Shown here: piece by piece, positions 1 through 8,399 of the stretch | How the letters are laid out: each line of letters starts with the position of its first letter | Numbering within the stretch: position 1 is the first letter of the stretch | Assembly: GCA_963662285.2 (NCBI GenBank) | Contig: CAXXMV010000006.1 | Location: 864,001-928,000, forward strand | Source: a bacterium | Lineage (GTDB): Bacteria > Hinthialibacterota > Hinthialibacteria > Hinthialibacterales > Hinthialibacteraceae | Length of the DNA stretch: 64,000 bases | Direction of reading: 5' to 3' | Made by a program: the position numbers and the translations under genes | Notes under the pieces: model-generated | The model's input: only the letters and a program-made list of their open reading frames with translations | Told to the model about the DNA's origin: nothing | The model's database searches: none

Positions 1-111
1 CTTTTCCAGATTTCCTGCAAGATGAACCCTGACCATGAATTCTTTTTGCGTGATAATATATAAAGCTTAAACCAAATATAATGAAACGCAACTCTAGGGA
101 GGGTTAATATA

Positions 112-768
112 ATGAATCCAGAAAAATTACTTGGCGGATTGATGCGTATGGGCATGGGGCGCGGCATGGGTATGGGAACCAAGGCAGCGGTTGGCATGGG
201 TGCGCTGGGAGTGGCGCTGGCGGCTTTTGACCATTTCACCAATCAGTCGCAATCTTCACCCACATTCTCATCCTCGGCTCCACCAAGACCTACGGCGCCT
301 GGTAATCCGACGCCGCCGCCTTACGCCGGAGCAACTCCACCTCCGCCTCCCGGCGCCTCAGCTGCAACGCCGCCGCCTCCTCCGCCATACGCTGGAGCGG
401 CGAATAATGATGACGCCGCCGGGCAGGAAGCTGTGCTTTTGATCCGCGCCATGATCGCCGCCGCTAATGCGGATGGAGTAATCGATCAGGATGAGCGTAA
501 CCGGATTCTGGAAAAATTCCAATCGGCTGATTTGGATGATGATGAGCGCAGTTTCATTCTGCATGAGCTGTTATCTCCCGCTGATCTGGAGACTATAGTA
601 GGTCTGGCTAATACGCCTGAATTGGCGCAGCAAGTCTATGCCGTTTCGTTGTTATCAATCGAAGCCGATACTGAGGCTGAACATACCTATCTGAGAACTC
701 TGGCGGAACGGTTGGCCTTAGACGATGATGCTATTCAGAATATTCATACTCAATTGGGAATAGCATGA
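112..768 (+). CDS. DUF533/TerB-like tellurite-resistance-family membrane-anchored protein
   Basis: Gly-rich N-terminal hydrophobic segment, Pro-rich linker, then LLIRAMIAAANADGVIDQDER...QVYAVSLL...YLRTLAERLAL, typical of DUF533 (YebE); GGAGAGG RBS upstream. Confidence 0.8.
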   Translation: MNPEKLLGGLMRMGMGRGMGMGTKAAVGMGALGVALAAFDHFTNQSQSSPTFSSSAPPRPTAPGNPTPPPYAGATPPPPPGASAATPPPPPPYAGAANNDDAAGQEAVLLIRAMIAAANADGVIDQDERNRILEKFQSADLDDDERSFILHELLSPADLETIVGLANTPELAQQVYAVSLLSIEADTEAEHTYLRTLAERLALDDDAIQNIHTQLGIA

Positions 769-899
769 GGGTTGTGTGATAAACCAGGAATTTTGAATAA
801 ACGTAACGTCTTTAGCGTATAATTACTATCTGTGCTATACAAAATTTTAAGTAACTTTTTATTAGAATTCAAAAAAAGAATAATTCTGGAGGGTATATC

Positions 900-1889
900 A
901 TGTCTCAGTGGTTTCTAAGTTACGAAGGGCAGCAGTTGGGTCCATTCGATCAATCAGAAGCAGCCCAGAAAGCGCAAGCCAATCCCAACGGATTCGCCTG
1001 GCGCGAGGGTTTAGCCGAGTGGGTTCCGATTTCTCAGGTGGCCGAATTATGTCAACCTTCTACGCCATCCGCCCCACCTCCATCATCCAGACCTACTATC
1101 GCGGATGAAATTGATTTCAAGATTTTCGGAACTGAAATGCAGTTCGTCGAGATTGAACTTGATCCCGGCGAAAGCGCAGTGGCTGAAGCGGGCGCCATGA
1201 TGTACAAGGATAGCTGCATTCAAATGCAGACCATCTTCGGCGACGGCTCGCAACAGACCGGCGGTTTCATGAGCAAACTGCTGGGGGCGGGGAAGCGGCT
1301 GTTGACCGGAGAAAGCCTGTTTATGACCGTCTTCACCCATGAGGGCAGCGGTAAAGCGCATGTGGCTTTTGGAGCGCCGTTCCCTGGAAATTTGATCCCC
1401 GTAACCCTGGGAAATATGGGCGGTTGTTTGATCTGCCAGAAAGACAGTTTCCTGTGCGCCGCTAAAGGCGTATCTATCGGGATTCATTTCCAGAAAAAAA
1501 TCCTGACGGGATTATTCGGCGGTGAGGGCTTCATCATGCAGAAACTGGAAGGCGACGGCATGGCCTTTCTACATGCTGGCGGTACGATCATGGAGCGTAC
1601 GCTCAAACCCGGTGAAGTGCTGCATGTCGATACCGGCTGCGTGGTGGCCATTGAACCGCGGGTGCAATTTGATATCCAACAAGCTGGCGGCATCAAAAGC
1701 ATGTTGTTCGGCGGAGAGGGACTCTTCTTCGCAACCCTGCAAGGCCCCGGAAAAATCTGGCTGCAATCGTTGCCATTCTCCCGCCTGGCGGGACGTATGC
1801 TGGCGGCGGCCCCCAAAAAAGGCGGCAGCGTTGGTGAAGGCTCTATCCTGGGTGGATTAGGTAATTTGTTGGATGGGGATAATCATTAA
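900..1889 (+). CDS. GYF_2 (DUF4339) domain + AIM24/TIGR00266 family protein
   Basis: N-terminal [13 protein letters not shown]...[11 protein letters not shown] (GYF_2), then [22 protein letters not shown] and GLFGGEGF repeats (AIM24); GGAGGG RBS. Confidence 0.88.
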   Translation: MSQWFLSYEGQQLGPFDQSEAAQKAQANPNGFAWREGLAEWVPISQVAELCQPSTPSAPPPSSRPTIADEIDFKIFGTEMQFVEIELDPGESAVAEAGAMMYKDSCIQMQTIFGDGSQQTGGFMSKLLGAGKRLLTGESLFMTVFTHEGSGKAHVAFGAPFPGNLIPVTLGNMGGCLICQKDSFLCAAKGVSIGIHFQKKILTGLFGGEGFIMQKLEGDGMAFLHAGGTIMERTLKPGEVLHVDTGCVVAIEPRVQFDIQQAGGIKSMLFGGEGLFFATLQGPGKIWLQSLPFSRLAGRMLAAAPKKGGSVGEGSILGGLGNLLDGDNH

Positions 1890-1905
1890 TTTAAGCGCGT
1901 AGCGC

Positions 1906-1997
1906 GTAGGGTGGGCTAAAAGCCGCGAAGCGGCGTAGCCCACCATGATGCATAGGTGGCTTCCGGTGGGCTACGCTTCGCTTTTAGCCCACCCTAC
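1906..1997. repeat. REP doublet (REPIN-like), GTAG family variant A
   Basis: GTAGGGTGGGCTAAAAGC...GCGTAGCCCACC at 1906-1944 and inverted copy GGTGGGCTACGC...TTTTAGCCCACCCTAC at 1965-1997; single copy also at 41018-41051. Confidence 0.85.
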
Positions 1998-2058
1998 TTT
2001 CTACTATTTTCTACTTTCACTAAGTGAACTCATATCTGCTAATATTGCAAATAGTTCA

Positions 2059-2091
2059 GTAGGATGGGACAAAGCGGCAGCGTGTCCCATC
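2059..2091 (+). repeat. REP-like palindrome, GTAG family variant B
   Basis: GTAGGATGGGACAAAGCGGCAGCGTGTCCCATC; a decayed inverted partner lies at about 2232-2263. Confidence 0.8.
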
Positions 2092-2295
2092 GCTTTGGTG
2101 TATCTCATGTCTTTTAATACAATGTGAATTACAAATATCTAGGGTATGTTCTATCAGGATTTTATGTTTAGGAATAGGGCGGTTCGGGTAAACTTTACAT
2201 GGTTGATAAATGTGTAGGTTAATAGAAATCCGATGTGATACGTTTTCGCTTTATCCTATTGACCTTTTGCCTATGTTATTCTTACATAATCCCCC

Positions 2296-2324
2296 TTGAT
2301 CTATAGAACTAGGTACTATAGAAT
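2296..2324 (+). promoter_or_regulatory. sigma70-type promoter of the TA operon with overlapping putative operator
   Basis: TTGATC (2296-2301), 17 bp spacer, TAGAAT (2319-2324); CTATAG-N9-CTATAG (2301-2321) overlaps the spacer and both boxes. Confidence 0.55.
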
Positions 2325-2350
2325 AGATTCTGGTTTGGCAGGTGAAACAA

Positions 2351-2737
2351 ATGAGTATGATACTTCTTAAAAACAGGTGGTTTGCCAAATTTGCTAGAAA
2401 AAAATGTATCCATGATGCTCAGTTACGCCAAGCGATTAGGGAGATAGAAAAGGGGCAAATAGATGTTGATTATGGTGGAGGGGTAATCAAACAGAGGATT
2501 GCTCGCACCAACCAAGGTAAATCTGGAGGATATCGGTCAATTATTCTTTATCTGCAAGGGAGCAGGGCTTTTTTTGTTTATGGTTTTTCCAAAAGTGAAC
2601 GGGATAATATAAGCGAATTGGAAAAACGGGATTTCAAAGAATTGGCTAAGATTACTTTTGCTCTATCTGAAACAGACTTACTGAAACTTATCGAGATGGG
2701 CGCCTATCAGGAGGTACAGTGTGATGAAAAAGACTAA
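2351..2737 (+). CDS. type II toxin, RelE/ParE superfamily (HigB-like)
   Basis: KNRWFAKFARK...DYGGGVIKQRIARTNQGKSGGYRSI...FVYGFSKSERDNI signature; overlaps the antitoxin gene; alternative starts 2342/2357. Confidence 0.85.
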   Translation: MSMILLKNRWFAKFARKKCIHDAQLRQAIREIEKGQIDVDYGGGVIKQRIARTNQGKSGGYRSIILYLQGSRAFFVYGFSKSERDNISELEKRDFKELAKITFALSETDLLKLIEMGAYQEVQCDEKD

Positions 2738-3047
2738 AACCTATAAAAGCGAAGCGTTCGCTGCAATCCATGAAACTGTATCCGATATGTATGAGGCGGG
2801 GGTGATTGATAAACAGACCATGCGGCGGTTTGATGATTCCTGTTTGACGCCTATTCATGAGTTTACGCCGGAAGAAATACGGACATTACGGGAACGGGAA
2901 CAGGTTAGCCAAGCCGTTTTCGCTCACCATCTGAACATCTCCAAGGAATCCATTAGCCAGTGGGAACGAGGCAAAAAAAAGCCTCGAGGAACTTCATTAA
3001 AATTGCTTTCCCTTATTGCGCGTAAGGGACTTTCGTTTATTTCTTGA
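2721..3047 (+). CDS. XRE-family HTH antitoxin (HigA-like)
   Basis: AIHETVSDMYEAGVIDKQTMRRFD, then HTH EIRTLREREQVSQAVFAHHLNISKESISQWERG; AGGAGG RBS; toxin-first gene order. Confidence 0.87.
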   Translation: MMKKTKTYKSEAFAAIHETVSDMYEAGVIDKQTMRRFDDSCLTPIHEFTPEEIRTLREREQVSQAVFAHHLNISKESISQWERGKKKPRGTSLKLLSLIARKGLSFIS

Positions 3048-3064
3048 GAAAATCAGGTGGTTTC

Positions 3065-3097
3065 GATGGGACGCGCTTTCGTTTTGTCCCATCCTAC
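3065..3097 (-). repeat. REP-like palindrome, GTAG family variant B
   Basis: GATGGGACGCGCTTTCGTTTTGTCCCATCCTAC, preceded by conserved AGGTGGTTTC. Confidence 0.82.
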
Positions 3098-3237
3098 TTT
3101 TACTACTTTACTGCCCTTGGCGCCCGTGTGTTTGAAGATATAGAGCGATAATTTTCCGGTTAAATTTAGGGAATCTTATTCTATAATGTAATTGCTTCCT
3201 GTTGTGACCGTACTCTTGAGGAGAGGCAGACGGGGAA

Positions 3238-3900
3238 ATGGATTATACAAGAATTCGTAAATTATCATTACAGGTATTCATTGGTTTTTTAGCGTTAACA
3301 GCGCTTATTGCTATTGCCGCGCTATTGAGTGGCAATAGCGATCCAGTTACAGGCAAGATACTGTTAACCAGTCTAACCATATCCGGCGCAAGTATTTGTT
3401 CCATGTCATGCGTGGCTTTTCTGGAAAAACGAAAGAAATTGATTGCGCTTGGCTTTTTTGGCATCTTCCTTTCAATTATTGCAGCCATCTTGATCACCAT
3501 CGGGATCTGGCCTGATATCCGAAATGAACTGTATTGGAAAAGCACATGGAATATAATTGTATTCGCTATCGCATTCGCTCATGCGTTTCTTCTCTCGAAT
3601 CCACATCTGGACCTTGGACATCAATGGATTCAGCCTGTTTCAGCGATAACAATCGGGATACTTTCGATTCAAGTCAATTTCGCGATTTGGAGTAAAGTTG
3701 ACAATGATTTTTATCTCCGGCTACTTGCTGTGACTGCGATCCTTGTTGCATTAGAAACCCTCATTATCCCGATACTCATGAAATTACGCAAAGAAACACC
3801 TGCAAAAGGTACTACTCTAACCTTAGAACATATCAAAGATGATTTGTATCAGGATTCGAATGGAAAAGTATATGTCTTAACAGAAAGAATTGAAGAATAA
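3238..3900 (+). CDS. hypothetical integral membrane protein (about 6 TM)
   Basis: 220-aa ORF with six hydrophobic segments; GAGGAGAGG/GGGG upstream. Confidence 0.7.
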   Translation: MDYTRIRKLSLQVFIGFLALTALIAIAALLSGNSDPVTGKILLTSLTISGASICSMSCVAFLEKRKKLIALGFFGIFLSIIAAILITIGIWPDIRNELYWKSTWNIIVFAIAFAHAFLLSNPHLDLGHQWIQPVSAITIGILSIQVNFAIWSKVDNDFYLRLLAVTAILVALETLIIPILMKLRKETPAKGTTLTLEHIKDDLYQDSNGKVYVLTERIEE

Positions 3901-3916
3901 AGTGATAGGCGGCTTA

Positions 3917-3949
3917 GATGGGACGCGCTTTCGCTTTGTCCCATCCTAC
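3917..3949 (-). repeat. REP-like palindrome, GTAG family variant B
   Basis: GATGGGACGCGCTTTCGCTTTGTCCCATCCTAC between convergent genes. Confidence 0.82.
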
Positions 3950-3955
3950 TTCTTC

Positions 3956-5365
3956 TCATCCTGCTTTTTTTAATTGATCTACTTTATGTCTGCTTATATT
4001 TTTATCACGCCAAGTTCTTAACTGCTTCAGTAATTCCTTGGATTTATTGGGATTTTGTTTGGCTAAATTGTGTTGCTCTCCGATATCTTTGTTAAGATCG
4101 TACAATTCAATCTCGTTTGTATCATAGAACTCAATCAGTTTCCAGTTTTGGGAGCGGATGGAGCCTGCTGATCTTCCTCCGAGAAAGTGAGGTTTTTCGA
4201 GAGGGTAATACCAGTATAGATTTCTTTCGGGGAAATTATTGTTCGGTTCTTTAAGAAGAGTTGAGAAGGATACGCCATCCAGAGGATGTTGTTTTGGAAT
4301 AGATGTTTTTGCCAAATCGCACAGGGTCGGGTAGAAGTCGATGCTGCAAACGGGAGTTTGACAAACGTTTCCCGCTTTGATGTTTCCTGGCCAGTGAACG
4401 ATTAATGGTTCACGAACGCCGCCTTCGTATAGGGTGGATTTCCCCGCACGAAGGGGGTGGTTGGTGGTGACGCGGTCTTCTCCGCCGTTATCGGAGGTGA
4501 AGACGATGATGGTGTCATCGAGTAACTGTAGGTCGCGTAACTTATGCACGATGTCTCCTACGCCTTGGTCGATACATTCTAACTGAGCCGCTAAATGGGG
4601 ATTGTTATGCTTGGCTTTGTGATCTTTTCCCGCGCCGGGTTTATTTTGATATTTTTGGACGAGTTCGGGCTTACCGTCCAATTTTGTGTGAACGGCGTAG
4701 TGGCTTAGATAGAGGAAGAAAGGTTCTTCTTGATGGCGTTCGATGAAATCAAGGGCTTCCAGATTACTGCGGTCAACCAGGTGTTCCTTGCCGGGGATTT
4801 TTTTTGTGATTTCACGATTGAAATGATAGGGGAAGAAATAACTACCGCTGGAGATGCCTCTGTTTTCAGAGATGATTACTTCGTCGAAGCCGTGTTTGTC
4901 CGGAGAACTTTCATGGGCGCCGTGGTTTTTGTAGCCGGTTAAATGCCATTTGCCGATGATGCCGGTTTTGTAGCCTGCGTTGTGGAAAGTTTCGGGCAGG
5001 GTGACTAAATCTTCATCCAGGTGTTTGGGGTCGTTAGGGCGCAAGTAGTCGGTAATGCCTACGCGGGCGGGATATTGTCCGGTCATCAAACTGGCCCGGT
5101 AGGGAGAACAGACCGGAGCGGCGGCGTAGGCGCAGTCGAAGCGGATTCCGTTTCGGGCAAGGCGGTCGAGGTGGGGCGTTTCGTTGAAGGTGTTGCCGTA
5201 GCATCCCAATTCGGCCCAACCCAGGTCATCGGCCAGGATGAAGATAATGTTGGGTTTTCTTTGCTCTGTGTTTTGGGTCAGGGCTTGAGATGGATTTAGT
5301 CCTAATGCAGCCAGTGCGCTTATAGAACGTAAGAAATTACGGCGTGGAATTGGGATTGGTTTCAT
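3956..5365 (-). CDS. Tat-exported sulfatase (arylsulfatase A-like, S1 family)
   Basis: RRNFL Tat motif, PNIIFILADDLG, formylglycine motif CSPYRASLMTG, GKWHL, SDNGG. Confidence 0.93.
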   Translation of the reverse strand: MKPIPIPRRNFLRSISALAALGLNPSQALTQNTEQRKPNIIFILADDLGWAELGCYGNTFNETPHLDRLARNGIRFDCAYAAAPVCSPYRASLMTGQYPARVGITDYLRPNDPKHLDEDLVTLPETFHNAGYKTGIIGKWHLTGYKNHGAHESSPDKHGFDEVIISENRGISSGSYFFPYHFNREITKKIPGKEHLVDRSNLEALDFIERHQEEPFFLYLSHYAVHTKLDGKPELVQKYQNKPGAGKDHKAKHNNPHLAAQLECIDQGVGDIVHKLRDLQLLDDTIIVFTSDNGGEDRVTTNHPLRAGKSTLYEGGVREPLIVHWPGNIKAGNVCQTPVCSIDFYPTLCDLAKTSIPKQHPLDGVSFSTLLKEPNNNFPERNLYWYYPLEKPHFLGGRSAGSIRSQNWKLIEFYDTNEIELYDLNKDIGEQHNLAKQNPNKSKELLKQLRTWRDKNISRHKVDQLKKAG

Positions 5366-5411
5366 TTGTTATATACCTTTTAGTTTATGATTATGATGTA
5401 TAGGTGGTTTT

Positions 5412-5444
5412 GATGGGACACGCTGGTGCTTTGTCTCATCCTTC
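5412..5444 (-). repeat. REP-like palindrome, GTAG family variant B (degenerate)
   Basis: GATGGGACACGCTGGTGCTTTGTCTCATCCTTC, preceded by TAGGTGGTTTT. Confidence 0.7.
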
Positions 5445-5456
5445 TTCTTCTTTAGC

Positions 5457-6962
5457 TTAGAAATCTCCTCTTGCGCTGCGAATAATATTTCTGTTTTTAT
5501 CCATCCAGTGATCCCGGTAGTAGGTGGACTCTTCGAAATTGTCGTTAAGCGAATGGATTTTTTTCTGCAGAGCGGTCCGGTATTTTTCCATAAGGTTCTG
5601 ATGGACGCCGCCGTAAGCCAGGTTCTTCATCTGGTATGGATCGTTTTGGTGGTCGAAAAGCATTTCCTGGTGGTCCTTGCGGAATATGGCATAGGTGTAC
5701 CGCTTGTCACGCAGGGCGCGCCATTCGTGACCGTTTTCCCATGCGGCGCAGGTGCCGGTGTTCATCAGCAGCGCGTATTCCGGTTCGGGGGCGTTTTCGC
5801 CAAAGGCTATGCGGCTCAGGTCCATGCCTTCAACGGAACCGGGGATTTCCAGGTTTGCCATTCCAAGCAAAGTAGGCATGATATCGACGGTATTAAGGCA
5901 GGCGTCTGTAACGGTATCCGCCGGGATCATTTTGGGCCAGCGGATGAGGAACGGGATGCGGGCCGCTTCGTCGAAGAATATATTCTTTTTCATGCGCCCC
6001 TGTGCGCCGAACATCTCGCCGTGGTCGGATGTAAATACTACGATGGTGTTATCGGCGAGACCCATTTTTTTGAGCGCGTCCATCAAGCGTCCCACGTTCC
6101 AATCCAGGTTTTCGGTCATGGCGTAGTAGGCCCGTTTCCAGTCGCGGATTTTTTCGGGACTTTTATCGATGTTCGACCAATCGTCGCCGTAGGGATCGAG
6201 TTTGTCCGAGTAGTTAGGCGGGATGGCAAATTCCTGGTTCTTGAAATGGTCGTAATATTCTGTGGGGACGTTTTGATCAGTCCAGGGGTCGTGCGGGGTT
6301 CCGTAGGAAAGAACCATTGCGAAAGGTTTAACAGACTGGCTGGCTTTCTGTATGTATGATATAGCCAAGTCAGTTTGGCCGTCGGGTTCGTAGACGCCTT
6401 TGTCGAAGTGAATCTTTTCCGGCGATTCGGTGTGGTAGTAGGCGTTTTCGCCGTAATACTGATGGTGGAAATTATAGGCCGCCCAGTAGCCATCAAAACC
6501 GAGGCGGTGGGGACCGCGCGGAACGAAGGAATTCTTGGGATCGAAATGGTTGCCCAGTTCATTGGCGTATAAATGCCACTTGCCGATGTATCCGGTGTTG
6601 TATCCGGCTTTGGTTAAGCAATGTCCCATGCAGGTTTGGTTTGGATTCATGCGCAGTTCGTTGATGACCATGCCGGTGCTGGTGGTATACTTTCCGGTGA
6701 ATAGCGAAGCGCGGTATGCGGAACAAACCGGCATGGAAGAGACCGCCTGTCTAAAGTTGACGCTTTGCATGGATAAGAGGTCGAGGTTCGGCGTCCGCGC
6801 TTGTGCGTCGCCCGTGTATCCGCAGGATTGATAGCGCAGTTGGTCGGCCAGGATGTAGACGATGTTAGGTTTTTTAGAATCTTCGGCGAATCCGTTGGCG
6901 GCGATGGTTGCGGCCGAGAGTCCGGCGGCGGTGGTTTTAATAAACTGTCGTCTGTTTTGCAT
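5457..6962 (-). CDS. Tat-exported sulfatase (S1 family)
   Basis: RRQFI Tat motif, PNIVYILADQLR, CSAYRASLFTG (CxAxR variant), GKWHL, SDHGEM. Confidence 0.92.
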   Translation of the reverse strand: MQNRRQFIKTTAAGLSAATIAANGFAEDSKKPNIVYILADQLRYQSCGYTGDAQARTPNLDLLSMQSVNFRQAVSSMPVCSAYRASLFTGKYTTSTGMVINELRMNPNQTCMGHCLTKAGYNTGYIGKWHLYANELGNHFDPKNSFVPRGPHRLGFDGYWAAYNFHHQYYGENAYYHTESPEKIHFDKGVYEPDGQTDLAISYIQKASQSVKPFAMVLSYGTPHDPWTDQNVPTEYYDHFKNQEFAIPPNYSDKLDPYGDDWSNIDKSPEKIRDWKRAYYAMTENLDWNVGRLMDALKKMGLADNTIVVFTSDHGEMFGAQGRMKKNIFFDEAARIPFLIRWPKMIPADTVTDACLNTVDIMPTLLGMANLEIPGSVEGMDLSRIAFGENAPEPEYALLMNTGTCAAWENGHEWRALRDKRYTYAIFRKDHQEMLFDHQNDPYQMKNLAYGGVHQNLMEKYRTALQKKIHSLNDNFEESTYYRDHWMDKNRNIIRSARGDF

Positions 6963-7020
6963 TTCGTTCCTCGCTAATTCGGTATGTCATTATATGGTGA
7001 GTCGGCGAAAAGGTGGTTTT

Positions 7021-7053
7021 GATGGGACGCGCTTTCGTTTTGCCCCATCCTAC
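7021..7053 (-). repeat. REP-like palindrome, GTAG family variant B
   Basis: GATGGGACGCGCTTTCGTTTTGCCCCATCCTAC, preceded by AGGTGGTTTT. Confidence 0.8.
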
Positions 7054-7085
7054 TTTGCTTTATAATTGAAACGCTGTTTTGGGTT

Positions 7086-8159
7086 TCATGAACGTTTTCT
7101 GGGTGAGATAGTCCCGCCGCCTAGTATTTCATCATTAACCGACAGAACCAATGCCTGACCTGGAGCGACTGCATATTGGGGATTTTCGAATTTAACTGTA
7201 AAGCCATTTTCATCCAGTTGCGTAACCATCGCGGGCGACGGCGTATGCCGCGAACGGATCTGCCCTAATACTTGATCGCCTACCTGTGGGGCGTCTATCC
7301 AGCGAGGTAGAAAAGCGCTTACTTCAGAAACCGCCAGGTCTTCTTTTTTACCGACTATGATAGCATTATTCTTCACGTCAATTTCACATACGAAGAACGG
7401 TCCATCAGTTAATCCAATGCCTTTGCGCTGCCCGACTGTATAGTGAATCACTCCGGGATGAGTTCCCAGTTGTTCGCCCAGTAAATCAAGGATGGGGCCT
7501 TCTCTATCTTCGACGTATTGCGCCAGGAACTCATTATAAGAACGGCCTGTGGTGAAGCATATCTCCTGACTTTCAGCTTTGTCGGCGGTGGGTAAGTTCA
7601 ATTCTTGAGCTATGGCGCGGACTTCTTCTTTGGTGATCTCACCCAGGGGGAACCGGATTAGCTTGAGCAACTCGCGCCTTATGCCATAAAGAAAATAACT
7701 CTGGTCTTTCTCGCGGAATTTAGCGCGGTACATGCGGGGAGTACCATGCTGCTCATGAATCAGCTGGGCATAATGCCCGGTAGCGACATAACTGCAATCG
7801 TGTTCCTGCGCCAGTTCGTAGGCCTCCTCGAAACGGACGAAACTGTTGCAGTAAACGCATGGATTGGGAGTTAGTCCATCCTTATAACTTTGGATGAAGG
7901 GTTCAATCACCTGTTCGCCGAATTTTTTCATGGTGTTAACCGCGCAATGTTCGATGCCCAGTTTATCAGCCACCGCCCTTGCATCAAGAATAGCTTGCCG
8001 GGAGCAACAGGCGTCAGACTCATCCACTGGAATCGAATCAATCTGATTCATGGTGACGCCCACCACTTCAAACTTGCGGCGTTGCAGCAGCACTGCGGCG
8101 ACGCTGCTATCTACGCCGCCGCTCATTAAGAGTAATATTCGTTGGTTCATTGTTTGCAT
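7086..8159 (-). CDS. mnmA: tRNA 2-thiouridine(34) synthase MnmA
   Basis: MSGGVDSS PP-loop, TPNPCVYCN, ATGHYA, KDQSYFL, ESQEICF, YTVGQRKG, AVAPGQ. Confidence 0.96.
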   Translation of the reverse strand: MQTMNQRILLLMSGGVDSSVAAVLLQRRKFEVVGVTMNQIDSIPVDESDACCSRQAILDARAVADKLGIEHCAVNTMKKFGEQVIEPFIQSYKDGLTPNPCVYCNSFVRFEEAYELAQEHDCSYVATGHYAQLIHEQHGTPRMYRAKFREKDQSYFLYGIRRELLKLIRFPLGEITKEEVRAIAQELNLPTADKAESQEICFTTGRSYNEFLAQYVEDREGPILDLLGEQLGTHPGVIHYTVGQRKGIGLTDGPFFVCEIDVKNNAIIVGKKEDLAVSEVSAFLPRWIDAPQVGDQVLGQIRSRHTPSPAMVTQLDENGFTVKFENPQYAVAPGQALVLSVNDEILGGGTISPRKRS

Positions 8160-8210
8160 AGTAGCGTTTTGATTTTCGTTTTAGTATGAAACAGGGGTGG
8201 TTTTATATAA

Positions 8211-8246
8211 TCCCTCACCCTTACCCTCTCCCGTGGGGAGAGGGGA
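8211..8246. repeat. CCCTC-type palindromic repeat
   Basis: TCCCTCACCCTTACCCTCTCCCGTGGGGAGAGGGGA; related elements at 21341-21376, 21438-21478, 21648-21720 and 60447-60488. Confidence 0.65.
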
Positions 8247-8320
8247 TTTTTTATCCGGTGTTTTTTGTTGGAGAAATTACTCGCGTTTTATATGTATATA
8301 ATATAATAGTCAATCCGTCT

Positions 8321-8366
8321 AAAAAACAAAGCGGGAGTTGGAGATCAAAAGATTTCCAACTCCCGT
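8321..8366 (-). terminator. intrinsic terminator downstream of the porin gene
   Basis: Stem CGGGAGTTGGA/TCCAACTCCCG followed on the minus strand by TTTGTTTTTT. Confidence 0.75.
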
Positions 8367-8399
8367 TAATTTTAATAAGCCAAAGTCTTTGTATAAATT

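Noticed and set aside
1945-2127. 60-aa ORF
   Set aside because: It is translated through REP sequences and has no RBS or protein-like features.
5508-6359. 283-aa plus-strand ORF and the many other antisense or overlapping ORFs in the track
   Set aside because: Shadow frames of well-supported genes (sulfatase, gspD, gltB and others), with no motifs of their own.
6700-6730. CxAxR instead of CxPxR in the second sulfatase as a sign of inactivity
   Set aside because: CxAxR is a known functional variant of the formylglycine motif.
1906-7053. CRISPR array or integron attC cassette array
   Set aside because: The repeats are separated by whole genes rather than 30-40 bp spacers, lack RYYYAAC/GTTRRRY ends, and no cas or intI gene is present; the GTAG-palindrome form fits REPs.
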